DNA from: Epithemia pelagica
Lineage: Eukaryota > Protista > Bacillariophyta
DNA length: 64,000 bases
Assembly: GCA_946965045.2 (NCBI GenBank)
Contig: OX337239.1
Location: forward strand, 2,666,001 to 2,730,000
Direction of reading: 5' to 3'
Positions 8,616 to 20,562 of the stretch are shown one piece after another. Numbering within the stretch: position 1 is the stretch's first letter; every line of letters begins with the position of its first letter. The notes under the pieces are model-generated. The model was not told the origin of the DNA and made no database searches. It saw only the letters and a list, made by a program, of their open reading frames with translations. A program made the position numbers and the translations under genes.

Positions 8616-11600
8616 ATGGAACGAAATTTTTCTGGGAAAGATATTCTTGACGTCTTTAAGACGCGATGCACCCGATCCTCGTTCGGATTCTGCAACAAGT
8701 GGATCCAAGACACCGAGATTGTAGGATACCTGAGAACTTGGTTGCCAGGGCTGTCGACAATCAGATTGAATTCTCTTTTCTCTAGAGACATTGTCCTTAA
8801 ACCCATTTTCAAAAATGAGGTGTCGGAACCAAACAAGTTTGGCTGGTACCGCCACAAAATCACAATCAATAAACAAAGATACACATTCTTGTATATAAGC
8901 TCCGACACAACAAAACTGCCAGTGATGTTGAACGATCACCAAGAATGGCTGGAGGCTGCAGCCGAGAATGTGATTCGGCGGTCGGGACGAGAGAAGCCAA
9001 CGAAGCGAAGGAACGAAGACTCACCAGGGGTACATGAAGGCACGGCAACTGTATCCAAGCAAGCAAGGAACACTACAACACCACCAGCAATGAAGAGCAC
9101 TGCAACGCAGCAACATGGTCAACCGCCACAAATTGGAGACAGCCCTACCGAAATGCAAACGTCACCACCTCACGACAACACAAATCAGGTGCTTGTTGGA
9201 GCAATCCAACATCCTGAATTGGCCACAGACGAAATCGGCCATGACCATCCACAGAGTTTGCCGATTGGTTTTTCAGTTTTCGAGTGTGAGATGATCCAAG
9301 GTTTATCGCAACAAATGGAAAGTGCCTATTTTGATGAGCCAAGGAACCGTAGGCTCTTTGCCGGCAAATGTGATTCTCCAGATCGTCAAAACGAAATCTT
9401 GAGCGATGGATAGAAACCCTTGAAAGGGCCATTTCCAACGTGGAGGCACTTCCGAATGTGGTTAACAAGGGAGACATCTTCCCCCTCAACCAGGAACAGC
9501 AACAGAGGGTACTGCTCAAGGCAACGTATTTACAACTTTCTTATAAGATAGCGTTGCTTGATATGCCACACGGTCGTACATGGCTGAACTGCATAAGCGA
9601 AGCCATTAGCAAAATGGAACAGATTTATGGTGAAAAAGTAAAAAAAAACATCCCAAGACCATTGCTCGTTTTCACAGGTACTTTCGGGAAAACGACAGTT
9701 TCCCTCATCCCAACTACCACGTTCATATTGGGAAAGAGCCATCGCCCGTCTTATTCGTTCACATACCTGAAGCAAAGGTAAAGTTTGAATGCTGGGCAAA
9801 GGAAAACCTGAGCACTCTTACAACAGAGTCTGCTCTAATGTACCTGAGGACAACATTGCTTCCGGATATGCATACCATGATCGTACAAGAGTGCATGGAT
9901 ACGAATACAACGCCAGTATCGTACGAGGACTTCTTGGCATCGATGAAGCTTTCCACCATTTCGCAAAGCACAGCATGGCGATGTATTGCTGCTGCAGGGT
10001 TCGTGTTCAAGGAACACACAAAAACATACTTCACTGATCGACACGAAAATGCTGAGAATGTTGCCCACAGAGCTGCTTTTGTCAAGAAGTACTTTAAGTG
10101 GGAAGAGCTGTCGTATCGGTGGGTGCAGCTCCCTACCGAGGATGCAATCAAACTTGAAAACGAAGGGAATGCGGGCAAGGAGAAGCTCTTGCCAAACAGC
10201 TTTGTATTTGAGTACACTGATGTAACAACATGCAAGCAGATGCGGGAGTACCATGTTGATGCCTTCCCAAGCGAATTTGAACGGTACATCAAACCAGAAA
10301 ACACAATTCACAATGGAAACTTGTCACACAGGTTTCCCTCCGACCGCAAACCTGTCATCCTCATCGGCCAGGACGAATCGATCTACAAGCAGTTTTCCTT
10401 CTCGTCTAAGGCATGATACACTAAAGATGGTGCAACTAAAATGCTGCCAAAGGATGATGGACATGGGATGATGATCAGCGCTTTTGTAAGCCGATCATGG
10501 GGCTTCCTTATGAACGGAAACCCGTTGCTTGCTGCAAGTCTATTTCGGATTAATGAACTCCGTCTCCATGCGACACACAACAAATACGTCTCTACCGAGG
10601 CTGCAGTGAACCTCAATGGTCACACTGCCAAGACTCCAATTACCAATGCCCAACCGTTCACTCGCTTTTTTGAATACGGAGCAGATAAAGAGGGATATTG
10701 GAATTATGAATACATGGCCTTGCAGTTGGAGGATATTGTCGATTGCCTCGTGGTCATGTTCCCCGCCCATGACTTTGTCTTTTTGTTCGACCAAAGCAGT
10801 GGTCATGGAAAACAACAATCCGATGGGTTAAATGCTCTGAACATGAATAACGACTGGGGAGGAGCTGTTCCCAGCATGCGGGACACACAAATTATTGATC
10901 AAGCTTGCCTTGGCCCGTACAACCATGACAACAAACTACGAGTTGGTGACGTACAACACCTCGTCTATCAGGAGAACGATCGTGGTCCAGTTGCTAAAAA
11001 AGGCCATCGTCTCAATGACGCGCAGCGTGTCGCATCGAAGAATACACACCGAACTGGTAGAAAGAAAAAGCGCAACCTCACAAAGAAGGAGCTCATGGCA
11101 AAACTTGTCCGGGTCATGGGACCTGGAATGCAATGTTCATTTCAATCGAAAAATGCTGGTGAACTACAGGACCTTTGTAAACGCTCCAACATTGCAACGG
11201 TGATTGAAGATGATGTGATCGAGGAAGGCTGGATGAATGCTGCAAAAGGGCTCTTTCAAGTGTTATGGGAGCGGGGGTGGATAGACCCTAACAACATGAT
11301 CAAGTACGTCAAGACAACCAGAGATGCATGGTTGGAAGCGGATAAGAAGACTGTGAAAGAGGCCTATCAGGCGGACTACAAAAAGTACTCTATGGTTCAT
11401 CTGATGAGCGAATGCTCCGATTTCAAGAACGAAAAATCTGCAATGGAGAAGCTGGCGGAAGACTTGTCTGAACGACATCGTTGCAGGATCGAGATTCTCG
11501 TATCGACCAAGTATCACTGTGAAATGGCCGGTGAGGGGATCGAGTATGGCTGGGGTTACTCAAAAAAAGTCTTTCGTGCTTTCTCACTGAATGAGAAGAA

Positions 11601-11883
11601 AGACAAAGCTGCCTTTTTACGATGTTTGACAGCGAGCCTGAAGAAAACAACACCCGAAATCATGCGGAAAATGTCAGCAAAGGCACGTCGCTATATGCTC
11701 GCGTACTTGTTATACGATCAAAATTCCAACAACAGAGACTATGCAGCTGCGGGCCTCTCGTATACCGAAATTGAAAAGATGTCAAAAGCAATCAAGTGTC
11801 ACCGATCCGCTTTCGACCAAGATCATGGCTTCATCTCACGTCTCTGGAGAGAAACGCAAGGATCTGGTGCAGTAGAAACCTGA
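8616..11883 (+). pseudogene. Large IS630/Tc1-like DDE transposase, disrupted
   Basis: Motifs IGQDES (D), FLFDQSSGH (D), STKYHCEMAGEGIE (equivalent to PxLNPIE) and KGLFQVLWERGW. Broken by a frame change near 9375-9413, a frameshift at the A9 run 9640-9648, and an in-frame TGA at 10414-10416 (Trp expected). Confidence 0.8.
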
Positions 11884-12295
11884 TCTAATCTCCATTTATC
11901 ATCAAAATGCATGTAACTTAACTATTTATAACAGCAATCCATTTTATTGAATGTATTTCTTGTCAGTTATTGGTATCAATGATCACTTCCGTGTTGCGTG
12001 CTCGTGTTGCGTGTTGGATTATCAGTTTATAAGTACCTCGAAAATGTGAGAGAGCGAGAAAATGGACGATTTTCGGAGCAGACCTCGCGCGAAACACGCC
12101 TCCCTCTCCGAAAACGCGCACGCATCGCAAAACTGGCACGCAAATCCTTTAGTAACTCAGCCCACATACCAAAACTTTACCGTTTTTTAGTAAGTGAGCT
12201 CAAGATTTTTTTTTTGGAATGTGAACTGAGGGCTGAGGAGAATGCTGCGTTTCGTGTTTCTTGTGTTTCGTGTTTCGAGTTTTTGCGTTTCGACC

Positions 12296-15181
12296 ATGGG
12301 GAAACCAAGCCCTAAGAAACAGTATTCAAAAGCAGGCGCTCAAAAACGAGACAGCATGAGTGACAAAGGAAATCTTGACGCTCTTATACTTGCAATAGAT
12401 GCAGCGGAAGAGCAGTCAGCCAAAGCAGCAGCGGCGCCCAAAGCAGCAGCAGCCGCAGCACCCGAAGCAGCAGCAACAGACGAAGCGACAACAACAAAGC
12501 ACCATCGGTTTCTTTCGGATCAAGACTTTGCCGAAGTGAAGGATAAAAAGCTTGCAGATGTTCGGCGTGGCCATCCAGAGAAGGACCACAGCAAACAGTA
12601 TTCGGAAACTCAAATGCGGCAGCTCCTCACCGATACGCGCACAGCGGACTACAAGAAAGGCGTCGAGGAAGTGGAGAAACTCCCTTCTCGTTCTGGACGG
12701 GATCCAATCAGGACTTTCACCGAAGGCCTCAAGACGCTCTCCAAGATCAAAGACAGTGCTGTACTTGCCTGTGCTATGGGAGAGTATGTCTCACGGAAGA
12801 TTTCAGCCACTTTTTCGGTCCAAGAAGCTCCAATTCGGAAGCCCGGTTCAGGCTTGCAAAAGGGGAAGATTGTGCCACTTTCGGGTGGAATGGGTCTCCC
12901 TGTCAAGAAGAACAGAAAACATACCTTCCCGATCGGCAAGCATGTCGGTTACACATTTGCGAACAATCCGGTAGTCAAGATCTACCTTGGAAAAGTGCTT
13001 CTGTTTGAGGTGAAGGAGTCAAAACTCCCAGGCGCCGGGTTTGGCGTTTTTGCAGTTCGGACAATCAAAGATGGTGAAGTGATTGGCGCGTACACGGGAA
13101 ACGACGTCACGTCTCGGACAGTTGTACCCAACGAGTACGCGATTCAGTTCGGACGTGACAATCGAAGGCTTCAAGCAGACAACAACGATCACTTTGGCAT
13201 GGGGCTGCACTTAATCAACGACCACCTACACCATCGGTACGGTACAGACAATCCACCGGATGAATCGGATGATCAATACAACGTGAGAATCATGCCGAAT
13301 CTTCTAGTCAAGGCAATCAAGCCGATCGAAAAGGGCAACGAGCTGTCTTTGTTTTATAACCTTTCGGACGAATCGCCGACGTCCTCCGAACAGGTTATCC
13401 GACCGTCGACGAGAGGTGACGACGACGAAGACGAGGGAAAGAAACGCGGTCGACCCAGTGATGAAAATGAAGACGACGAGAAAAAAACAAAGAAGGCTTT
13501 CGTTACCTCTTCTACTACTGTTTTCCGCCCAGTTGCTGCTGTTGCTCGTCCTCCTGCTCTTCCTTCTCCGCCTCCTCCGCAAGACGTTTCTGGGCACTAC
13601 AATTCGCCCCCTCAGCTGCCACCACATCATCCTCCGCCGTATCATCCTCATCCTCCGCCGTATTATGATCCACCGCATCATCCTCATCCTCCGCCATATT
13701 ATGATCCACCGCATCGTCATCATCCTCCTTCGTATCATTCTCCGCCGCATCATCATCATCATCCTCCTTCGTATCATCCTCCGCCGTATCATCATCATCC
13801 TCCTTCGTATCATCCTCCGCCGCATCATCCTCCGCCGCCGCATCATCCTCAGCCGCATTACCATGGGCATCCCCCGTCCTATATTCAACCCCATTATGGA
13901 GGAGGTTACCAGGGGGCTCTGCCTTTATCGCAGCAACAACAACGCACGACCCAGCCGGTCGTAGGTTCACCGGAGCGTCCGAGCAATCCCGTCCCACCTG
14001 CAGCACAAGCTCAACCCGCCTCTCGACCCGATCGCTCCCTTTCTGGAATGTTAGTACGAGTAATTGCCTTGCCAGAATTTTCAGAAAGTGACACCACGGA
14101 TGACAATTCTTTTGATCAGGAGATGTCGGATGACAATTCTTTTGCTCCGGAGATGAATGCGATCGACGAGTTAATGCAGGAGGGTGAATGGCAAAAGCAA
14201 CAGATGTTGCAAAATAGAGAATTGCGCAAGAAGTATTTCAAATCGCTATACGATAGTGAAAACAAAATCTATCGAGGCTGTTTTTTTACAACGCCGCCAG
14301 ACCTCCTCCAGTTGTTGGAGCAAGTGTGGAAAGGCAAACACCTGAACAGTAAAGGAAAGGGCACCTTTTTCAAATCTGTTCAAGACTACACCCCAAATTT
14401 GTTGATGGCGATGATGGAACATGAGGGCATGATGGCCAACACTCGGTACTTCAACGACTGCGACCCAGAACATGTCCAAAAAGTCACAACAGATTTCAAG
14501 CAATTTCTTGCCTCAGCTCTCCATGGAATGAACTACGCAAAAGATGAATCATTTGCGGACCAAATGAGCATTCACCTTTCGCTTATGAAGACCACTCGGG
14601 AAGAAGTGCAAGAACCTCACATCGACTTCTTGTTCCCGGCCGTAACAGGAAACATGTCCGAGAGTCCAAAAACGCCATCCGGGAAGCAACAAAAAAGCAA
14701 AAGGATGACTCGGCAATCGTTCTCAGATCTACCACTCCGGGAACGCATCCCCTTCATTGTTTTTATGCCCCTGACGGAGGAGGGTATGTCCATTGAATTG
14801 TGGAGCTACCGTGCTGAGAAGCACGAGAACTATACCCATGAGTTGGGTAACGTGGTACAAATCCCGTACGGCAAGTTTCTCCTCGTTCGAGGGGATACTG
14901 TCCATGCTGGTGGCTTTAAGACTGGAGAGCTGGGAAATCCACGTGCACATTTTTACGTGTACCAAGGAAAAGATGGGACCGTCCACGATCCCATGCCAAA
15001 GAACAGCTACAATCTACCTTCTGGACAAAGGCTTTCAGAGTGCTACTTCCATCAAAAGGACATTCCTGGTGATCGCCCACGTGGGATCATTCGGGTTAAC
15101 CTTACGCTCGATGGCCATCGCGTTGCCGTCCAGGGTGATTATCGTAGAGTGCTTCCGGCTACGAAAAAACCTCGTATTTAG
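12296..15181 (+). CDS. Cargo: SET-domain + Pro/His/Tyr-rich linker + C-terminal 2OG-Fe(II) dioxygenase-like fusion protein (about 960 aa, intact)
   Basis: SET at about 13000-13360: SKLPGAGFGVFAVRTIKDGEVIGAYTG...HLINDH...AIKPIEKGNELSLFYN. Dioxygenase at about 14560-14960: QEPHID...FMPLTEEG...VRGDTVHAGG...NPRAHFY (HxD...H...R). The ORF track starts at 12242; the second ATG at 12296 is also plausible. Confidence 0.75.
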   Translation: MGKPSPKKQYSKAGAQKRDSMSDKGNLDALILAIDAAEEQSAKAAAAPKAAAAAAPEAAATDEATTTKHHRFLSDQDFAEVKDKKLADVRRGHPEKDHSKQYSETQMRQLLTDTRTADYKKGVEEVEKLPSRSGRDPIRTFTEGLKTLSKIKDSAVLACAMGEYVSRKISATFSVQEAPIRKPGSGLQKGKIVPLSGGMGLPVKKNRKHTFPIGKHVGYTFANNPVVKIYLGKVLLFEVKESKLPGAGFGVFAVRTIKDGEVIGAYTGNDVTSRTVVPNEYAIQFGRDNRRLQADNNDHFGMGLHLINDHLHHRYGTDNPPDESDDQYNVRIMPNLLVKAIKPIEKGNELSLFYNLSDESPTSSEQVIRPSTRGDDDEDEGKKRGRPSDENEDDEKKTKKAFVTSSTTVFRPVAAVARPPALPSPPPPQDVSGHYNSPPQLPPHHPPPYHPHPPPYYDPPHHPHPPPYYDPPHRHHPPSYHSPPHHHHHPPSYHPPPYHHHPPSYHPPPHHPPPPHHPQPHYHGHPPSYIQPHYGGGYQGALPLSQQQQRTTQPVVGSPERPSNPVPPAAQAQPASRPDRSLSGMLVRVIALPEFSESDTTDDNSFDQEMSDDNSFAPEMNAIDELMQEGEWQKQQMLQNRELRKKYFKSLYDSENKIYRGCFFTTPPDLLQLLEQVWKGKHLNSKGKGTFFKSVQDYTPNLLMAMMEHEGMMANTRYFNDCDPEHVQKVTTDFKQFLASALHGMNYAKDESFADQMSIHLSLMKTTREEVQEPHIDFLFPAVTGNMSESPKTPSGKQQKSKRMTRQSFSDLPLRERIPFIVFMPLTEEGMSIELWSYRAEKHENYTHELGNVVQIPYGKFLLVRGDTVHAGGFKTGELGNPRAHFYVYQGKDGTVHDPMPKNSYNLPSGQRLSECYFHQKDIPGDRPRGIIRVNLTLDGHRVAVQGDYRRVLPATKKPRI
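13600..13880 (+). repeat. Coding low-complexity repeat (CATCCTCCGCCG-like units; HPPPY/HHHPPSY)
   Basis: Visible tandem degenerate repeats inside the SET-2OG ORF. Confidence 0.9.
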
Positions 15182-15932
15182 ATCGCGAACAAAGAAGCCG
15201 ATCAAACTTAGATCTTTCCTTGTGGTGAAAGTGTGTTATTGTTGAAAAAGAATACCATGGTACGTTGAGTTGCAGTATGACATTAAGATTTACTAGTTTA
15301 TTCCTTCATATTATACTTTAGTACATTGTCGTGTTGTGTCGAAAACGCAAAATATGAGATAAGAATCATAGCTCGTCTGGGACCAATCACAAACTCCCTC
15401 GTACATCCATACGAGGCGTGCCCGCAAACCGGGACCCAACTACCGACACTGGCAAGCTGGATAACGACGATGACGATGATGACGAAGAGGACAAACAGGA
15501 TGAGCGATGATAGCTACAACAAGGACGACTACAATACAACGACGACAATAATAGCCACGACAATGACGAGGACTTGGACGACGACAATGATGATAATCAC
15601 AACAAGAATGACTGTAGAAGCACTACCATGATGACAAATCGATTCATATTTAGTGATTAAGGATACCTAAAACGTCCATCAGTAGATATCTAGTACGCCT
15701 CGTCCTCATGATCCAAGTAATCGGGACCAAAAAGCCCGTTTTGCTGCATACCGATGAAGTCTTCTTGGGTCTCGAGAAATCCATCATCGGCATACGAATC
15801 AATGGATGTCCGGTATGCACGGGAAGGATTGCTAAAGAAAAAGGAGGAGACGACGGGATGTTTTCTCCCAATGCCAGCGACTCATTCAAAGTCTGGCGAG
15901 GGTCTGTCGCTCCACTTTCCTTCACCTGTTCC

Positions 15933-16595
15933 TCAGCAATCCGACGCTGGAAAGCATGCTTCTGGGAGGGGGTCAGTGCGAAAGCTCGAGACGCCACCTT
16001 CGGGGAAGAAGTTACTTTCTTCGGGGTCACATAAGACTCTGGAGTCTTGTTCTCGACGTCGTCCTCCTTCTTGATCTCCTTCTCGGGCTTGCTGTCGGGC
16101 TTGTTGTCGGGCTTGCTGTTGGGTTTGGTGTCTGTGGCAGCAGAGGGCGCGTCGTGAGAAAGGGAGACTCAAAACCAACAATGAACAATCAAACTTACCT
16201 TCTTTGCCGACAGCCTCGATCGCAAGGAGCTCGGCCGCGATATCCGACAGGTTAGCGCATTCGACGTCCTTGTTGCTGACGAAGAACACTGGGATACCAT
16301 CTTCATCCCCAATGGTGAGTTGCCACTGTTTTGCGCGCTCGTGCCACGACGAAGGACCCTCAAGGTTGAAGGTCACATGCTTCTTTGTCGAAGCGGGAGA
16401 CTTTGTCGTCGTCGTCTTCTTCTTCTTCGACGTTTTGTTGTCCACGGCCGTCTTTGTCTTCATTTTCTTGTTTGCCTTGTTTCCCTTGTTTCCCTTGTCG
16501 GAGGGAAATGCGGTTGTGGAGGGAGCTGCGGCGGAGTCCTCCTGCTCCTTCTTCGCAGACTCAGCTCGTTTGGTAGCACTACGCGTCTGGCGCAT
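15933..16595 (-). CDS. Cargo ORF of unknown function (Lys/Thr-rich N-terminus), possibly continuing into 15650-16030
   Basis: 220-aa ATG-initiated ORF inside the TIRs; no recognised domain. Confidence 0.4.
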   Translation of the reverse strand: MRQTRSATKRAESAKKEQEDSAAAPSTTAFPSDKGNKGNKANKKMKTKTAVDNKTSKKKKTTTTKSPASTKKHVTFNLEGPSSWHERAKQWQLTIGDEDGIPVFFVSNKDVECANLSDIAAELLAIEAVGKEGKFDCSLLVLSLPFSRRALCCHRHQTQQQARQQARQQAREGDQEGGRRREQDSRVLCDPEESNFFPEGGVSSFRTDPLPEACFPASDC

Positions 16596-16747
16596 CGTTG
16601 GGATTCGTTCGTTTGATTGTTGTGTTTGTTTGTTTGATTGTTGCCCGCTCTCCGTTCTTGTGTCTTCTAGGGAATCCCCCCGCGCTCATTCGTGAACAAT
16701 ATCGGCGCGCGGCACAAAATCAACTTGCAGCATGAAGCAACTTCCGA

Positions 16748-17320
16748 ATGACCCGCCGTGCAATGGAACAATCAAACAGAGACGACAGGAAGAGGCAAGG
16801 AAGAAGAAACAAGATGACCAACATGAGGACGAAGTTCGAGTTCAACGAAGAGGATGGCCGTGAGGGTGGTGCTGGTCTCCCGTTGAAGTCGTGCTTTTAT
16901 GCCAGCGATGTTTGCGCGCTCATCGGGCCCATGTCGAGAAACAAGGACACTGGCCACAACATCGTCGACCGTGGCCATCTGCTTGTGCAGCGGGAGCTTG
17001 CGACCGACTACCTACGGATTGCAGTCTTTGACCGGGATGCAACAAGCGAGCATGAGGAACCAGCGTTGGTTGTTCCAGTTGGGTTCATTGCTCTGTCGCA
17101 CCTGGACCAGGTCTCTGGAAAGACGAGCAAGAACGGACCTCCCATGGGACGCATCCGCCTCTACACACGCTGCTCCATCAACCCTAAAGCCTGCATGGAA
17201 CCCCAGGTCGTTACAATCTACATGGGCAGAAAGGATATGGATCGCTTCAACATTTCCCTTGGTGCGATGATGCTCAAGCACCCGCTTCAAAATCTCTTCT
17301 TTAATCATCAACAAGCCTAG
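16748..17320 (+). CDS. Cargo ORF of unknown function (190 aa)
   Basis: ATG-initiated ORF with globular-looking composition inside the TIRs, divergent from 15933-16595. Confidence 0.45.
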   Translation: MTRRAMEQSNRDDRKRQGRRNKMTNMRTKFEFNEEDGREGGAGLPLKSCFYASDVCALIGPMSRNKDTGHNIVDRGHLLVQRELATDYLRIAVFDRDATSEHEEPALVVPVGFIALSHLDQVSGKTSKNGPPMGRIRLYTRCSINPKACMEPQVVTIYMGRKDMDRFNISLGAMMLKHPLQNLFFNHQQA

Positions 17321-17950
17321 ATAGTGAACAATGTAGCAGCGTTTTATGATTATCATTTGAGTAGGATCTTCATTCTCTATGAATACGATCTAATTCTATA
17401 GTTGTGTTACGTTTACCGTACAATACATTGCGTTCAGGTACGGCTGTGTGAGTCACAACAACGAAAAGAACATCAATCTTTGTTGTGAACGACGCAACTT
17501 CTAGTCTAAGTTCCATATATCTAACGAGAAGAATATCAATTTTTGACGTGAACAACGCTACAAGTGTTCATAGTCTTTGTTCTATCTTCTATCATTCGAT
17601 TCTACAATAGAGGTGCATTGGTTGCACCAAGTTTTGCCGTTAGTCGCCGTAGTAAATCGCGCGGCGACCACCTTCAACTAGATAAAACGACACCTACAAA
17701 ACGAATGCAGCACCGACATCGTTCTCCATGCTCAACCCATGAATGGAGAAGAGGTTCAGAGCATGGGATCATGGAGCCGTCTCCTATTTGGCAAGAGATC
17801 GGTCAAAAGGACCGTTCACCATGGTCAATTTTTGGTAGAACGGTAGAGGCATAAAAAGAAGGGCTATATTAAGGGGATGGCTCGCGCGGATTACGTAGAT
17901 TTCCTACTGGAGCGCTACGTCAGGAACATTCTGTCTGAACTCAGCTTGTA

Positions 17951-19840
17951 TGGATTACACTCATGTTATCTCCATAAATGCGAAACGTGGTGCCGGTATA
18001 GACAAACAGTCTAGAACTGGTAAGGCAAAGGTAGGAGTGCCATTTTCGGTGAGTGTTGCTACCCGTCTTAATCCAGGGGCCAAGGGGTTGAGCAAGTCGA
18101 CGAGTCGGACGACCACCAGAAGCAAAAAGACAGTCCAAGAAGCGGCGCCAAGAATTCCACGCTTTGATACTGGGACGTTCTTGATAAGGGTTCAAGTCTC
18201 GCAAAGAAGATGTAGTAGATTGAATACCCTGGTAACTCTCATTAGTAATCGTCGTCCCGTTGCAGGTAGAGGCGGCAAGCATTAATCATGAGTAACTCTG
18301 TGTCGGATTCGGTGAAGGAAAGAGCGTGATCCATGATGAAGGAGTCGTTAATACGCTGAAGGGATGGAATGAAGGTTTGTTCCAGTTCAATCCGACATTG
18401 AATAGACGACAAGTATTGGCGAACTTGTGGAAGCCACTGCATGGGTACCAAATGCGGCAATGGGATTATCACATTGTCCAATATAGAAAAACTAGTGCCT
18501 GCGAGACACTGACCCCACGAAATCATGATGTGTGCTAATTGACGGTGTATGCCTTCTGAGCGTAAGCATGCGAGAAACATATAGACCTGAGAAACGCCTC
18601 GTTCCGTAGAAAGTGCGCGCAGCCCAATCCCACCATAAGCTGATGAACCATACACCACTGCGTTGGGGGTACATCTGTTGTAGCCGGCTTTAGGAAGCAG
18701 GACCTTTTTGAACTGTCGCTGTAGTGCGTTGCAGTGCCGATCAGAGAGGCAAGACGACGGCATCGGGTACGTAATACTAGGGAGGTATACGGCGTGGTAA
18801 TAGGCCCACGCGTCCATGCGGGTGAACGGACTGCGGGCCATCACCTGCGTATGTGTTGTATTTTTCTTCAGCATGGCCTGAAATAAGCTGCGGTCGGTCG
18901 AGGACGGTGCCTTTTGGACGCCAAGGGTTTTGTGGCTTTCATATGCAGACAATTGCCTTAGGGGGCAAGGTGGCTCATGCGGATGAAACTGGATAGTAAT
19001 TTGAGGACCAACTCGGCCACTGTTGAGGTAAGGAGTCCCATCAACTGTGAACGAGAAGTAGAGAAAGTGGTAGGAACACTTTGTCGTCTCGAGAGCTCCA
19101 CCTGAGGTACGGAGGATATCATGCCATCGTTGAGCGTCAGACTGTGCGCGATTGATGTAATGTTCCATTGATGCTTGGCGTGGGAGGTCAAAATCGTTGA
19201 CGCTCCCGCTTGTATCGTCGACAAAACCCACCATAAAAATTCGTGCTTGCACTGTGCCATCCGGTGATTGGAAGGTCGCTCCATTAGCTTTCTCGTCATA
19301 AGCGTCAAACAATATTGTGCTTATGACGCACCAGATTGCTGGAGAGTTCCCGGCACCTTGGCCGGAGCCGTAAATAGGAAAGATTCAACAATGCTTGTAG
19401 GATCGATCAGAGACACCGAGTTGTGTCTTCAGATAATATTTCGCGTCTTCTAAAGTCTTGGCATTAATGAAAACAATCGATCGATGTTGTCCAAAAGAGC
19501 GAGAAGCCAAACTGCCAAACGACATGACAATCCTGTCATAACACGCCGTGGCATCGTAGTCGAGATGAACCAATGGACGACGGCTTGCGCGGCAAATTTC
19601 ATATTGAAATTCTTCAATCAGAGTAGGTAAAATTGCATCTTTTCCGGGGACAGCGCCGAATTGGCCTGGATGAAGAAGTTGATTGTTTGAACCGTTTTGA
19701 ATCAACTGAGGCCACTTGATAGCTAAGATTAGATTGTAATCTTGCTCATACAAGTGTATCACTCGTAACCGGTGGATGCGATGATTGTTAAGTTCTTTCA
19801 AAATCATAACGTTGACGATGCTTTTCCATCGCTCCATGCA
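17951..19840 (-). mobile_element. 5'-truncated non-LTR retrotransposon (LINE) RT fragment, frameshifted
   Basis: RLRVIHLYEQDYNLIL, GQFG, LDYDATACYDRI, GFVDD and SYESHKTLGV in ORFs 19385-19837, 18242-19312 and 17941-18282. Cut at 17950 by the mariner-like element. Confidence 0.85.
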
Positions 19841-20029
19841 GTACTACAAAAATGGCCGGGACCAATCGGCTAAGTAATCCAGAAAAATCGCCAGCCCGCA
19901 TCGTACCGCCCCCGGTCAAGAAGGGACCGACGGACGAACGAGGAACGGACATTGCACCCAGGGTCTGGAATTCAAAAAGTGGGACTTTAATGACTTAAGG
20001 GAATGTAACTTAAATTTAGCTTGAATTAA

Positions 20030-20290
20030 GCCATTCAATTGAAATCCTCCTCCTTTACTTTCATTGAATTTCACAATCCACTCAACTCAATACCGATTTT
20101 TTCTTGGATTCACTATTCCGATTCAAGTCTCATCATCTCAGACGGGGAATGTCAATTCCCTAATTCAATTCCCAATTCACTAAAATAGACACTTCCCAAT
20201 TCCATTCAATTCACTTTATCAGACGATATCAATTCCCAATCCAATCCAATTCCTTCTTACTCACTACAAGAATTTGAGAATCCAATCAAT
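20030..20290. repeat. Left subterminal array of CAATTC/CCAAT motifs of the hAT
   Basis: Many short repeats, mirrored in inverted orientation at 26620-26830. This is typical of hAT transposase-binding arrays (inference). Confidence 0.6.
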
Positions 20291-20562
20291 TTTCTCCTAC
20301 GCACAGATGGAATTACCATTCTCCCCCCAATGTGTCATGTGAATTACGTTTCTATACAATATCACACAGTGACCCTACCTTCAACCGCCTCATCTTTGTG
20401 ACTTGTGACACTCTCTTACCTCTCACCTCTACCGTCCATCCACCAATCCTTCAACAGTTCATTGTCTGTTGCAGCTTGCAACACATGTTGTCTGGCTTGA
20501 TTGTGCGTCTTAATCATCTTCAAAGCCCAGCATCCTTGTCCACCCTGTCTGGATCTACCATC

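Larger units (their letters stand above)
8225..17948 (+). mobile_element. 9.7-kb IS630/Tc1/mariner-type DNA transposon with cargo genes
   Basis: 34-bp TIRs at 8225-8258 (CAAGCTGAGTTCAGGGAGTATGTTCCTGACGTAG) and 17915-17948 match at 31/34. TA flanks both ends (8223-8224, 17949-17950). An internal DDE transposase is present. Confidence 0.88.

Noticed and set aside
13304-14006. Arg/Met-rich, Ile/Leu/Arg-rich and Asp/Glu-rich ORFs
   Set aside because: They are alternative-frame and antisense shadows of the His/Pro repeat in the SET-2OG gene.
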